From Euryarchaeota archaeon UBA182 (GTDB lineage Archaea > Thermoplasmatota > Poseidoniia > Poseidoniales > Thalassarchaeaceae), in the NCBI GenBank assembly GCA_002495675.1, contig DAGH01000018.1, positions 28,249 to 71,017 of the forward strand: a stretch of DNA of 42,769 nt, given 5' to 3'. The translations under genes were made by a program, and so were the position numbers. Below, one piece after another: positions 9,269 through 19,945 of the stretch (position 1 is the first letter of the stretch; the number at the start of each line of letters is the position of its first letter). Below the pieces are notes generated by a model. That model made no database searches, had not been told where the DNA came from, and was given only the letters and a program-made list of their open reading frames with translations.

Positions 9269-9305
9269 CCCACAGTATATTCAAACTGGTTGACAACCAG
9301 AGCCC

Positions 9306-10199
9306 ATGCCCGAGCTACCCGAAGTGGAGACAGTCCGACGTGGTCTGGAAGAATCCCTACTCGGGCAAAGGATCTCGAGATTAATCACAAAAAGAGCGGA
9401 CTTGAGGTTCCCCATTCCTGCCGACATCCAGTCAAGGACAGAAAAAAAGGTAGTAATTTCCATAAGCAGAAAGGCCAAATTCCTTCTGATTACGCTCGAA
9501 GACGGTACGATTATTCTTAGTCATCTGGGCATGTCTGGCAGGTGGACGATAATTTCAGAGGACCTCAAATCTACTCCTGGAAGATTCGCCCACGGGGGGA
9601 TGATAGGAACTGGTGAGGGCCCTCACGACTGGGTCATTTTACAATTTGAGAATGGAACCGAGGCAGTCTACTCAGATCCTCGAAGATTCGGTTTCATTGA
9701 TGTCATAGCCCCGGGCAACGAGGGGTTTCATCCCATGTTGGAAAAACTCGGACCTGATCCACTGCCGAATACGCTAACTCCAGACATGCTCAACAAATCT
9801 CTGGTGGGAAGGAAGGCCCCTCTGAAGGCATCACTCTTGAATCAAGGTATCATCGCAGGACTCGGGAACATATACGTGTGTGAAGCCTTGAGTAGGGCTA
9901 GGCTTTCCCCGCGCAGGCGCTCAGGAACTATCGCCTCCGAACGAGGGCCAACAAACAGGATACATAGGCTAGTGAGTTCTATCCACGATGTCATCTCAGA
10001 AGCAATCGACGCAGGGGGCTCCACTCTGAATGATTACAGGGGTGTCCACGGGGAAGAAGCTCTAGGCTACTTCCCTTTGTCATTCCAAGTGTACGGGAGA
10101 GAGGGAGAGCCATGCCTGAATGAGGATTGCAGTGGGACTGTACAAAGATACGTCCAATCGGGCAGGTCAACATATTCATGCCCGACTTGTCAACGTTGA
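9306..10199 (+). CDS. mutM: Formamidopyrimidine-DNA glycosylase/AP lyase
   Basis: N-terminal PELPEVE, HLGMSG, DPRRFG, H2TH GLGNIY, C-terminal Zn finger. Confidence 0.96.
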   Translation: MPELPEVETVRRGLEESLLGQRISRLITKRADLRFPIPADIQSRTEKKVVISISRKAKFLLITLEDGTIILSHLGMSGRWTIISEDLKSTPGRFAHGGMIGTGEGPHDWVILQFENGTEAVYSDPRRFGFIDVIAPGNEGFHPMLEKLGPDPLPNTLTPDMLNKSLVGRKAPLKASLLNQGIIAGLGNIYVCEALSRARLSPRRRSGTIASERGPTNRIHRLVSSIHDVISEAIDAGGSTLNDYRGVHGEEALGYFPLSFQVYGREGEPCLNEDCSGTVQRYVQSGRSTYSCPTCQR

Positions 10200-10955
10200 C
10201 TATCTCATCATCAAGCTGGCTTTGACTATAATCAACTGAATGCGAATAGGTAAGATACGTGCAAACATGGGGATGAACCGGTTTATCATACCCGGAATGA
10301 CCTCTCTACGACCTTTCATCATCGCCCGAACAGCCTTCTTCGCGACACTTTTCGCTGGAAGTGAACTCCAAATTTCGACCCCGGTCAACTTCATCCCAGA
10401 AGTTGATTGAAATCCAGTTTCAACGTACCCTGGACACAATGCTGTGACTGTGACCCCACTCCCCTTCAATTCTGCACTCATGGCACGAGATAGTGAGAGA
10501 ACATACGCTTTGCTGGCACAATAAACAGCCAACCCTGGTCCAGGTTGGAATGCTGCGATAGAGGCGACATTCAGAATTTTGCCCTTCCCCCTCATCCTCA
10601 TACTAGTTGAATGATGATGTCCTAGCTTCGTCAAGGCTCGTATGTTCACATCGACGATCCCTAGCAGTTTATCGGGGTCTTGGTCAGCTACCCTACCATA
10701 CAACCCATATCCGGCGTTGTTGACAAGTATATCCAACTCACCTGCCTCCTCTATCAAAAAATCTACCCCTGATTCAGTGGACAGGTCTGCTATGACTACC
10801 TTAACATCAACTACTCCAATCAGCTCTTTTTCTAAGTCCCTCAGAGGCTCTTCGCGCCTTCCTGAGATAATCAGACTATCTACCATGGGCGCCAATGTGC
10901 GTGCTATTTCCCGTCCAATCCCGCTAGATGCTCCTGTGACGAGTGCGGAAGACAT
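10200..10955 (-). CDS. Short-chain dehydrogenase/reductase
   Basis: TGASSGIG, NNAG and YCASK motifs. Confidence 0.93.
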   Translation of the reverse strand: MSSALVTGASSGIGREIARTLAPMVDSLIISGRREEPLRDLEKELIGVVDVKVVIADLSTESGVDFLIEEAGELDILVNNAGYGLYGRVADQDPDKLLGIVDVNIRALTKLGHHHSTSMRMRGKGKILNVASIAAFQPGPGLAVYCASKAYVLSLSRAMSAELKGSGVTVTALCPGYVETGFQSTSGMKLTGVEIWSSLPAKSVAKKAVRAMMKGRREVIPGMINRFIPMFARILPIRIQLIIVKASLMMR

Positions 10956-10979
10956 GGTATATCAACAAAATCTAGGGCC

Positions 10980-13900
10980 CTACATATTTCTTCTGAATTG
11001 GCCACCGGTCTCGAATAGAGCCTCTGTGACTTGGCCAACGGTACAATACTCAACGATATCCATCATCACCTCGAAGAGGTTCCCTCCTTCTCTAGCTGTG
11101 TTCTTCAGGCGCTCGATCCCCATCTCCGCTTCTTTGGCGTGTCTTTTTCTGAAATCCTCATTTCTGAGAATTACCATTCTTTTCTCATCGCCATCAGATC
11201 GTGTGACATCAAGGTCGAATGAATCAGCCTCATCGGCTGAGAGGCTCTTTGAATCAGGATCTTGGAATGTGTTTACTCCAATAATAGGGATGTCGCCCGT
11301 ATGCTTTCTGTGTTCGTATATCATCGACTCATCTTGAATTCGATTCCTCTGATAATTAACCTCCAGGGACCCCAAAACCCCCCCTCTTCGATTCATTTCT
11401 TCAAATATTTTCAGTATCTGACCCTCGACATTCTCAGTTAGCCATGTGGTTATGTGTGAACCTTGTAGGGGATTCTCATTTTGCAACAATCCATATTCCT
11501 TGGATAAAATGAGTTGGATTGCAACTGCATCCCTGACGGTTTCCTCCGTGGGAGTGCCGAATGCCTCATCCCTGCTATTGGTATGGAGGGAGTTTGCATT
11601 ATCGGCCAATGCATAAAGAGCTTGAAGGGTAGTTCGGTAGTCATTCCATGTGTACTCTTGAGCGTGCAGTGATCTTCCTGAGGACTGGATGTGATACTTG
11701 AGTTTCTGACCTCTCTCACCCACATTATACATCTCGCGCATCGCTATCGACCATATACGTCTCGCGACCCTGCCGATTACGACATATTCTGGGTCCATGC
11801 CATTTGAGAAGAACCAAGAGAAATTCCGTAGGAACTTATCGGGGTTGAGACCTCTTGCCTTGAATAATTCGACGTAAGTGAGGCCATTAGCCAGCGTGAG
11901 GGCGGCCTGTGTAATTGGATTGGCCCCTGCCTCTGCAATGTGATAACCAGATATGCTTACGAAGTAATGATTCCTTATGCTATTGTTGACATAGAACTCA
12001 GCAACATCACCCATCATTCTGAGGGACGTGTCCAGATTGAATACGAGGGTGTTCTGACCCATTGCCTCTTTGAGTTGGTCCGCCTGAACGGTGCCTCTTA
12101 CGTTCGAGAGGGTGAAAGCCTTGATCTCCTCAACCTCGGTTGGATCCGGCTCCCTCCCGTTTTCTTTCGCAAAAATCCTGATTTGTTGTCGTTGAGCGAC
12201 ACGGAAGAAGGCTGCCAAGTGCCACCAATAGTTCCCATTTATTGTCATCGAGACACTAGTCTCCGGAGCACAGAGATTGAATCCATCAAACAATCTTTCC
12301 ATCTCGTCAATGGTGCTTATTGAGACTCCGGATTCACAGACTTTCCCGAATATGTCTAGTTGTGTGGCGGGGTCGTGACCGTACAGGCTGGGTGAGTCGA
12401 AGGCAACAGAGAGCCTATTGAAAGGTTGATCGTTTGCCAGAAAATGATATCTCTCATTGGTCCTCTCAGCAGAACCCTCGCCTGCAAACATCCGAACTGG
12501 AAGCTCGTCCTCACGTTTGAAAGGAAAAACACCGGCGGTGTATGGAAAGGCACCGGGCAGGTTTTCCGACCGTATCCACCTAACGCGATCCCCCCAATCC
12601 GACGCTGTGGGGAGTGCTACCCTTGGGAGGTCCAACCCCGACAGGGTCTTCTTGGTGGTATTGACCTCTATCTTGTTTCCTCTGACGAGGTAATCCGTCT
12701 TTCCGGAAGAGTAATCCTCGGAGACTTGGTCTAACAGGCTCAGACTATCTATGACCTCCTGACCCAATTCTGCCCTGAGTCTGTCAGCTTCCTCTTGCAG
12801 ATCCAAAGACGCCTCCATTTTACCAGAATCCCTCATCCTCGAGGCGGAGTTCTCCAAGTCTTGAATGGAGCTAGCAAGAATCGCCTGAGCCTCAGTCTCA
12901 TTGTGATAATCTCTGATGCACTTTGATACCTCTGACAGATAACCGTGACGAGATGGGGGTAATGGCTGGGACCGCTCAGGTAGCCCATCATCGGACATCC
13001 GGGCCTCTGACGCGATGAATTGCGTTGAGAATCTCTCGTTGATAAGAGTAGAAACCTCTTCCCAGAGCCTGTCCACCCCTGCATCCGCAAATCGACTAGC
13101 CACTGTCGGGATCACGGGAAGATCTGAATCATCATGATCCCACAATTCTCGATTTCTCCGAACTTGTTTTCTAATTTCCAATAAGGCGTCTTCTGCCCCC
13201 GGACGGTCAAACTTGTTCAGCACAACGATGTCCGCGAAATCCAGTGCTGCTAGTTTTTCCAGTTGGCTTGGTGCCCCGTATTCCCTGGTGGTCACATACA
13301 GCGAGACGTCCGATATGTCTGTGATGGCGTCATCACCCTGTCCGATACCACTCGTCTCGACAATTAGTAGGTCAAAGCCGACCGATTTGCAGACCTCGAT
13401 GGACCTTCCAATGGCGTTAGAGAGCTCCCTGCCGCTATCCCTGCTGGCAAACGACCTCATGAAAGCCCCATCCTTTCTCAGCGAGTTCATCCGTATTCTA
13501 TCGCCAAGCAAGGCCCCGCCCGTCCTTTTCCTAGTGGGGTCTGTCGCTAATAGCGCTATCTTGGTGTTGGGATTGTCCCTCATTATTCTGAGCACCAACT
13601 CATCCGTGAGGCTCGATTTGCCAGCCCCCCCGGTTCCAGTCAGTCCGATAACAGGGCAGGCACCTTTCTCCACAGCAGTGCCCCCATGGAGGTTCAATCC
13701 ATGGTTTTCGGCATAAGTTAGCAGTCTGGATACCCCTCCTTGGTCATCGCAGGTAATATGCTCTAGGTTGACAAACCTCGATTCTGAGTTCAGGTCAAGA
13801 TCTGAGACGAGCCCGATCGCGTCTTGAACCATGCCGGTCAGACCCAGCTCCCTACCGTCGTCCGGAGAGTAAATTCTCGCGATCCCTGAGTCACGAAGGT

Positions 13901-14255
13901 GCCTTATCTCAGATGGGAGTATAGTGCCCCCACCCCCACCGACTAGAACGACATGACCAAAGCCAGCAGCATCGAGAATGTTTTTTGTATGTGTGAACAT
14001 TTCCACCGCACCTCCTTGGTAGGATGTGATTGCGATGAGGTGCGCGTCTTCTTGTATGGCAGCCTTGGCCACGTCCTCGGCACTCCTATCATGGCCTAGG
14101 TGAATCACTTCACAGCCCATTGATTGAAAGATTCTCCTAAATATCCCGATGGCAGCATCATGGCCATCGAAAATGGCAGCCGCAGTGATCACCCTGATAG
14201 GCACGTCCCTACGTTTTTTTTTCGTAGTTCCTCTTGTTGAGTTCGTACTCGCCAC
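10980..14255 (-). CDS. icmF: Fused isobutyryl-CoA mutase/MeaB-type GTPase (IcmF)
   Basis: N-terminal B12 domain (DGHD), GTPase (GTGGAGKSS, ETSGIGQ, NKFD), C-terminal mutase barrel with RMFAGEG; 1091 aa. Confidence 0.93.
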   Translation of the reverse strand: MASTNSTRGTTKKKRRDVPIRVITAAAIFDGHDAAIGIFRRIFQSMGCEVIHLGHDRSAEDVAKAAIQEDAHLIAITSYQGGAVEMFTHTKNILDAAGFGHVVLVGGGGGTILPSEIRHLRDSGIARIYSPDDGRELGLTGMVQDAIGLVSDLDLNSESRFVNLEHITCDDQGGVSRLLTYAENHGLNLHGGTAVEKGACPVIGLTGTGGAGKSSLTDELVLRIMRDNPNTKIALLATDPTRKRTGGALLGDRIRMNSLRKDGAFMRSFASRDSGRELSNAIGRSIEVCKSVGFDLLIVETSGIGQGDDAITDISDVSLYVTTREYGAPSQLEKLAALDFADIVVLNKFDRPGAEDALLEIRKQVRRNRELWDHDDSDLPVIPTVASRFADAGVDRLWEEVSTLINERFSTQFIASEARMSDDGLPERSQPLPPSRHGYLSEVSKCIRDYHNETEAQAILASSIQDLENSASRMRDSGKMEASLDLQEEADRLRAELGQEVIDSLSLLDQVSEDYSSGKTDYLVRGNKIEVNTTKKTLSGLDLPRVALPTASDWGDRVRWIRSENLPGAFPYTAGVFPFKREDELPVRMFAGEGSAERTNERYHFLANDQPFNRLSVAFDSPSLYGHDPATQLDIFGKVCESGVSISTIDEMERLFDGFNLCAPETSVSMTINGNYWWHLAAFFRVAQRQQIRIFAKENGREPDPTEVEEIKAFTLSNVRGTVQADQLKEAMGQNTLVFNLDTSLRMMGDVAEFYVNNSIRNHYFVSISGYHIAEAGANPITQAALTLANGLTYVELFKARGLNPDKFLRNFSWFFSNGMDPEYVVIGRVARRIWSIAMREMYNVGERGQKLKYHIQSSGRSLHAQEYTWNDYRTTLQALYALADNANSLHTNSRDEAFGTPTEETVRDAVAIQLILSKEYGLLQNENPLQGSHITTWLTENVEGQILKIFEEMNRRGGVLGSLEVNYQRNRIQDESMIYEHRKHTGDIPIIGVNTFQDPDSKSLSADEADSFDLDVTRSDGDEKRMVILRNEDFRKRHAKEAEMGIERLKNTAREGGNLFEVMMDIVEYCTVGQVTEALFETGGQFRRNM

Positions 14256-14312
14256 ACCACCCCGGTGATGCTCCTAGCAATGACCTCATCGGATGTTTGA
14301 GTGTTTTTTCTC

Positions 14313-14936
14313 TCAAAGCGCACCAGTTACTAGCAGACCGGCAAAGACGAACATCAAAACTCCCATTGCACCATCGACAACGTGGGCCTTTCTGCGTAGA
14401 GTGTTGATCGTGTCCCCCTTTGAGAGAAATGAAGCGACTGTGACATACCAAGTCCCATCAATGACCATACCTAGAATTCCCATTCCGATAAGGGTACTGA
14501 GTACGACATCAGCCTCTATAAATGGGGAATACAATGCCAGCATCCAAGCCAATATCTTTGGGTTGAAGATGGCAATGAAGAACCCCTGGAGAAAACCAGT
14601 GGCCCCATTCGACTCAATCTCAACGAGCCCATCAGTGTCCTTGGGCCCATTTATTGCATGACTGAGGAATGTAATTCCCAACCACAGTAAAATCAGGGTT
14701 CCTCCCCACTTTAGTAATACCTCCACCCCTGAGTGAACAGACAGTGCAGTGGCAAGTCCCAAGGCGGCTGTGAAGGCGTATATCCCAAATCCAATTCCAT
14801 GTCCGATCCCCGTGGCTATACCTTGCTTACGCCCACCTGAAATGGTGTTCCTGAGAACAACAGCAAGAGAGGGCCCCGGACTCATTGCCCCGAGGGTGAA
14901 AACCATGGTCAAGGCTAGCCAAGCCTCTGGACTCAA
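14313..14936 (-). CDS. LysE/RhtB family exporter
   Basis: SPGPSLAVV, GFLQGF...NPK; multiple TM helices. Confidence 0.9.
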   Translation of the reverse strand: MSPEAWLALTMVFTLGAMSPGPSLAVVLRNTISGGRKQGIATGIGHGIGFGIYAFTAALGLATALSVHSGVEVLLKWGGTLILLWLGITFLSHAINGPKDTDGLVEIESNGATGFLQGFFIAIFNPKILAWMLALYSPFIEADVVLSTLIGMGILGMVIDGTWYVTVASFLSKGDTINTLRRKAHVVDGAMGVLMFVFAGLLVTGAL

Positions 14937-14953
14937 TCAAACCACACTCTCGC

Positions 14954-16744
14954 TCAAGAGTACATTCTCTCTATTTCCTCAGCCCAGTTTTCACGTATCT
15001 GCTTTCGGCGAATCTTTAGGGTTGGGGTCAACTCACCATGGTCGACGGAGAAGTCTCTTGGTAGGATCGTGAACTTGCGAACTTGCTCAGGAGGTGCGAA
15101 CTGATTGTTCAGTTCTTTCACCTTGGCGTCTATCATCTCGTATAGATTCTCAACTTCCTTTTCAACGCTGGATCCCTTGCCCTCTAGCTCCGCAATTTGC
15201 TTTGCTGGATCCTTGGGGACCTCCTGCGCATCCACACCGTGGTGGTCTCGCAACACGGCTCCGATATCCAAAGTCAACAACGCAGAGCAGAATTTCCTCT
15301 GATCTCCGACTAAGAAGCACTGCGAAACCTCGGGTATTGATTTCATTGTCTCCTCGATTACAAGAGGGGCTATGTTTTTCCCGCCGGAGTTGACGTAGAT
15401 CTCCTTCTTTCGGCCAGTGATGTACACGAAACCGTCCTCGTCGATCTTGCCGATGTCTCCTGACATCAGCCATCCATCTTCAGTCATCGTTTCGGCCGTT
15501 GCCTCCTCATTCTGGAAATATCCCTTCATGACGTGGCGACCTCGGAAAAGGATCTCACCATCATCTGCCAATTTCAATTCGGTTCCCCCGAAGGCCTTTC
15601 CAACACTCCCAATCTTGTTGGCACTGCCATGCCCAAGTGTCGCACCTGCTGTGGTCTCTGTCATCCCATAGCCCTCGTAAACTGGAATTCCGAATTTGTG
15701 GAAGAACCGGAGTATGTCAGGGTTGATTGGGGCCGCGCCTGTGACTGCAAACCTCACATTGCTCATGCCGACAGCCTCTCTGGCCTTTCCTTTCAGATAA
15801 CCTCCAATCAGTGGCAGGCCGCTGAGGGTTTTGAGTGCCCCGGAACCAAATTTGGAAAAGAGGCTCGAGTATATTTTCTCATAGATCCTGGGGACGCCAA
15901 TGAATAGGTGTGGCTGCACCTTTTTCGCATAGTCCACAACATGGAGAGCGTTGTCCACAACATGCATATGGATGGCTGATCTGCACCACAAGTGGTTGTC
16001 AACCAATTGTCCGAATACGTGAGCCAAAGGCAGCCAGGAAACGTAGTTCTCACCTTGATTAAGGGTAATTATCCGGTCAACCTCGGAGAGCTCAGCATCC
16101 CAGTTGTCATGTGTGAGCATGACCCCCTTCGGATTTCCAGTTGTCCCAGAGGTGTAGATAAGTGCCGCGAGGTCGTTCGGCTCAATGCCATCGATCCTGG
16201 AGTGAACTTCAGAATCCGTCATGTCCTTGCCCATTTCAAGAAAATCAGTCCAAGAGATCGCCATTTCATGGTCTATCGGCTCGACCCCATCTAAAGTCAC
16301 TACACACTCGACATCTGGTAGGTTCTCGAGTATCTTCGCGAATCTTCGACTAGGGGTCTTTTCAGGGTCCCCTCCCGATTGGGGGTTGTCGCCTATGATC
16401 ACAACCTTTGAGCCTGAGTCTCCGATGACCCACTCAACCTCCTCGGGAGAACAGGTGTGATACACTCCGACACCTACGCCATTCGTCATTTGTGTGGCTC
16501 CATAACATGAGTACCACTCGGGGCGGTTGTAGGCATAGATGCTCATGCGGTCCCCTTTTTCAAAGCCCATTGACATAAGCGATTTCGATACCGAAACCAC
16601 CTCATCTGAGAACTGCTTCCATGTTTTCGTGTCCCATTCCCAACTGCCATCCGAGGCAATTCCCGCTTTTACAGAGAGGGCTGGTTCATTGGCGTACAAT
16701 TCGGCGTTCCTGAGCAAGTTCCGGGGCGTCAGTGTGATGGTCAT
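14954..16744 (-). CDS. Long-chain fatty acid-CoA ligase
   Basis: IYTSGTTGNPKG, YEGYGMTE, SGDIG, ELTPTLK; start taken at MTITL. Confidence 0.92.
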   Translation of the reverse strand: MTITLTPRNLLRNAELYANEPALSVKAGIASDGSWEWDTKTWKQFSDEVVSVSKSLMSMGFEKGDRMSIYAYNRPEWYSCYGATQMTNGVGVGVYHTCSPEEVEWVIGDSGSKVVIIGDNPQSGGDPEKTPSRRFAKILENLPDVECVVTLDGVEPIDHEMAISWTDFLEMGKDMTDSEVHSRIDGIEPNDLAALIYTSGTTGNPKGVMLTHDNWDAELSEVDRIITLNQGENYVSWLPLAHVFGQLVDNHLWCRSAIHMHVVDNALHVVDYAKKVQPHLFIGVPRIYEKIYSSLFSKFGSGALKTLSGLPLIGGYLKGKAREAVGMSNVRFAVTGAAPINPDILRFFHKFGIPVYEGYGMTETTAGATLGHGSANKIGSVGKAFGGTELKLADDGEILFRGRHVMKGYFQNEEATAETMTEDGWLMSGDIGKIDEDGFVYITGRKKEIYVNSGGKNIAPLVIEETMKSIPEVSQCFLVGDQRKFCSALLTLDIGAVLRDHHGVDAQEVPKDPAKQIAELEGKGSSVEKEVENLYEMIDAKVKELNNQFAPPEQVRKFTILPRDFSVDHGELTPTLKIRRKQIRENWAEEIERMYS

Positions 16745-16786
16745 CACCCAGTGTAGCGTACTACACCGTATAACCATATTCCGTAA

Positions 16787-17521
16787 TCACTCTGGTAGTA
16801 CGGATTTGAAATTGGCTCTCCAATCTGCACCGCCGTTCTTATTTGCCAGCGGAGATGCAGGTGAGGGATGCCAACAAGAGGATATTGTCACATCGCTTCC
16901 ATGGAAAGCCGACGTAGCCCTACTTTCGGCATACTTTCCAACTCCGATAACGACCTCTGCTTCTATGATGTCCACAACCTCCCTCAAGTAATCATCGCAT
17001 CTTTCTAACATAGATCTCACCACAGGACCCCCTATCTTGTCTGGTGTTATGTTTCTGGCCCTATCGCCCAAAAAAAACATCAAGGGACAATGGTTCACCA
17101 GGAAGACGTTTTTGAAGATATTATCGATCAATCCGTATTTCTCCTCTAACGCGCCCCAGAGCCTGGTCCCACTGACCTCTTCCCTCGGCCATTCTAGGCC
17201 CTCTATCGGGCGCCTTGGATGGATCCTTCTTGGCTCAAGCACTCGGATTCCCTTGATACCAATTAGATCACGAACGACAGTAGTGGCGGCAAATGGAATC
17301 CCCATCTGGCCCATTCCGTGGGGGCCTGGATTCATGCCCAATAAAATCGTCTTTGCCCCGGCTGTTGTGGATTTCTCCAGATACGCCACATGAACATCCC
17401 AAGCGTAAGCTAGCGGATTGTACACACAATCTACGATTCGATCTGACATCAATCGATCTGCGAAGATCTCCATGTCATCCCTCAGTTTCGCAGTCGCCCC
17501 GATTATCTTACTTGTTGACAT
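16787..17521 (-). CDS. SMUG1-family uracil-DNA glycosylase
   Basis: YNPLAYAW, LGMNPGPHGMGQMGIPF, EVSGTRLW and HPSPASP motifs. Confidence 0.92.
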   Translation of the reverse strand: MSTSKIIGATAKLRDDMEIFADRLMSDRIVDCVYNPLAYAWDVHVAYLEKSTTAGAKTILLGMNPGPHGMGQMGIPFAATTVVRDLIGIKGIRVLEPRRIHPRRPIEGLEWPREEVSGTRLWGALEEKYGLIDNIFKNVFLVNHCPLMFFLGDRARNITPDKIGGPVVRSMLERCDDYLREVVDIIEAEVVIGVGKYAESRATSAFHGSDVTISSCWHPSPASPLANKNGGADWRANFKSVLPE

Positions 17522-17529
17522 CTTTTCAC

Positions 17530-18000
17530 CTACAACCTCACATCGGCGACTATACCACCAGTAAATCTCAATAGCTGAATGGGACTTATCGGGAATACAG
17601 TGTCAGAAGATCCGGCCGCGCCCCAGACCAATTCAAAATGAAATAAGTCTTGATCGATGAATGTCACACACCCGTTCTTATGGCCAAAGGGCGGAACCCC
17701 ACCAGGTTCATATCCAGTCTCTTGAAGGACATATGAGGCCGTGGCAATCTTTGGCTTGAAACCAAGTAGATCCTTTAATTTCCGCTTCCTATCAACTTTG
17801 TTCGCGCCACTTGTTATCACGACCACTCCCCCCATTTCTCCCTGAAATACAATTGACTTGGCAATCTGAGCCACATCGCAACCGACCTGAGCCGCTGCAT
17901 CCTCACTGGTGACTGTGCCCTCGGAGTATCTTCTAGGGCTGGGCTTGAACCCGATCTTTTGACACTCGGCCAACCATCTGTCGTGCCGGTCCATGACCAT
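17530..18000 (-). CDS. YbaK/EbsC family aminoacyl-tRNA editing protein
   Basis: AQIAKSIVF, TGYEPGGVPPFGH, WGAAGS; start at 18000 or 17994. Confidence 0.9.
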   Translation of the reverse strand: MVMDRHDRWLAECQKIGFKPSPRRYSEGTVTSEDAAAQVGCDVAQIAKSIVFQGEMGGVVVITSGANKVDRKRKLKDLLGFKPKIATASYVLQETGYEPGGVPPFGHKNGCVTFIDQDLFHFELVWGAAGSSDTVFPISPIQLLRFTGGIVADVRL

Positions 18001-18050
18001 CCACATTAGCTGTTGGCGTATCAGGATTAGGGGGGCTATTTGATGATCCC

Positions 18051-19445
18051 TTGTCCCTCCCGCCATATGTGAACTGGCCCATTGGACCCTATGGAACCTC
18101 GATGGGACTGCTTCTGGCATTGACGCTGCCCCTTCACTTGATTTGGACTAGAAAGAATCCCGATTACAGGGTGACTCCGAGTGAACTGATTTCGGAAATT
18201 AAGTCCAGAGGCTACGTCTGGCACATCTCATTATACCTTGCCATGTTCCTATTCAAGGCATTCACGGATTATCACAACGAGCCCCTCAAAGCAATGGTTG
18301 GCGGATTTACCCATGTCGTGTACTCCATAGAGGCCGATCTTGTCTTTCACATACAAGAGAGGTTCAGAAATGGCCTCGTCTCGGAGATACTCTCCCTTCA
18401 CTACCTCTTCGCCTACCTGTTCATCATATGGTATCCTCCGATGCACTACATACTTTCTAAGGACCCAGATCTTGCAGACCTAGCCGCCATGAATTACTTT
18501 GTGATATACCTACTCGCAGTCCCATTCTACTTATTCTTCAACGTGGAAGTAACATCAAGCTTCATCCCCGGTGTTGATGCATTGATGTACCATGATGGAT
18601 GGAATATTGAGTTCTTCACGAGCAACGACCCACTTGATAATGGGATACCCAGCTTGCATGTCGGCCTCCCGATATCGCTTCTCATGATACACAGAGCCTA
18701 CACTAGACAAAGAGGCATCGACATCTCTGAATGGCGCCATCGAGGTTTGGACGTCTTCATCATGTCGAATGTCGCCATATACCTTTTCTCGATACTTTAC
18801 CTAGGCATCCATTGGGTCTCTGACGTGATCCCAGGATTGATTCTGGCGGTCATCTGCTCCAGGTTTTGCATCTACATTCAACCCATCTTGAGAGGAGGGG
18901 GGATGAGGGGGGCCCTCAAGGTAATGAGGCAAAATACGAGGCCGATCTTAGTGAGTATCACCGTGGGCGCTATCTTGTTGATGGGCACCGTTGAGGGGCC
19001 AGGTACCAACCCTGCGAATCCCGACTTCAGGATGGAGGGAGATGATGTAAGGTTGGAAATCCTCGAGGTGCATAGCCTGGACCAGCCTGTCATCATCACA
19101 GTTGAGAACCTCGGACAGGTATCCGTTCAAGCCCTTCTTGCTGATATAGAAAATGTAGAACCACATGCAGATAGGGGAATCATAGATTTCGACTCCGTCA
19201 TTCCCATGGGGGCTTACTCCATGTTGCGACCCGGATCCACGTGGACTCTCGAATACACTCCGGAAAGCATTACAGAGAATAAGGTAATCTTGTTTAAGGC
19301 GGCAACGACGGAGAGCGGAGTCGCGGAGGTATCCCTACTCAATGAATACCCGGATTCAGATAGACTGTTGTTCTCTGGATTCCTGATAAGCATGTTTTCT
19401 TTTGTTATCGCAGGAGCCTCGATAAAACGCTATCCAATCAAGTAG
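18051..19445 (+). CDS. PAP2/Aur1-like membrane phosphoesterase/phosphotransferase with C-terminal extension
   Basis: NGIPSLHVG and YLGIHWVSD catalytic motifs; multi-TM, then a soluble domain and a terminal TM. Confidence 0.82.
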   Translation: MSLPPYVNWPIGPYGTSMGLLLALTLPLHLIWTRKNPDYRVTPSELISEIKSRGYVWHISLYLAMFLFKAFTDYHNEPLKAMVGGFTHVVYSIEADLVFHIQERFRNGLVSEILSLHYLFAYLFIIWYPPMHYILSKDPDLADLAAMNYFVIYLLAVPFYLFFNVEVTSSFIPGVDALMYHDGWNIEFFTSNDPLDNGIPSLHVGLPISLLMIHRAYTRQRGIDISEWRHRGLDVFIMSNVAIYLFSILYLGIHWVSDVIPGLILAVICSRFCIYIQPILRGGGMRGALKVMRQNTRPILVSITVGAILLMGTVEGPGTNPANPDFRMEGDDVRLEILEVHSLDQPVIITVENLGQVSVQALLADIENVEPHADRGIIDFDSVIPMGAYSMLRPGSTWTLEYTPESITENKVILFKAATTESGVAEVSLLNEYPDSDRLLFSGFLISMFSFVIAGASIKRYPIK

Positions 19446-19451
19446 GCCAGT

Positions 19452-19859
19452 CTAGGACATGAGGTTGAAAACTGCCAGACTACCTAGGTAAAGGCCGGAC
19501 ATTGAGCCCGCACCTAGCCACATGCCTAGTCGGAAGTTCGGATAGTTCCTTCTCCATATGTAGAGGGACTGAGACATCCAGAATATGATCACTATGATGA
19601 ACCAAACTGGGAACACCAACTGAGGGAGAACTGCCACGGCGACCATGAATACGAAACCAATCACGCACTCAGGCCTCGAACCGAATCTTTCTGGCAATAA
19701 AAGAAGGAAGATTGAGCTCATAGCAATGATTACGACGGGCATTAGTAATCCCCAACCAAGCAGGACTGGCAATTCGAGATAGACCTCAAGGAGGGCCACT
19801 GAGAAGCCAGACAGAGGAGGGAGCGCTACTGGCCAGAGGGGAGGTCTGTCCCATTTCAT
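19452..19859 (-). CDS. Hypothetical membrane protein
   Basis: MKWDRPPLWPVALP...; 4-5 hydrophobic segments. Confidence 0.7.
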   Translation of the reverse strand: MKWDRPPLWPVALPPLSGFSVALLEVYLELPVLLGWGLLMPVVIIAMSSIFLLLLPERFGSRPECVIGFVFMVAVAVLPQLVFPVWFIIVIIFWMSQSLYIWRRNYPNFRLGMWLGAGSMSGLYLGSLAVFNLMS

Positions 19860-19945
19860 GTTAGTAATCACGCCTAGGGCGAGGGCAATGAACCCTACTA
19901 AACCAGCCGGAAGGTTTTCTTTAGATTTCACCACCTCGCAGCACC

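Noticed and set aside
19860-19945. GCCGGAAGG resembling SRP RNA helix 8
   Set aside because: The gap is too short and lacks the flanking SRP helix; probably a divergent promoter region.
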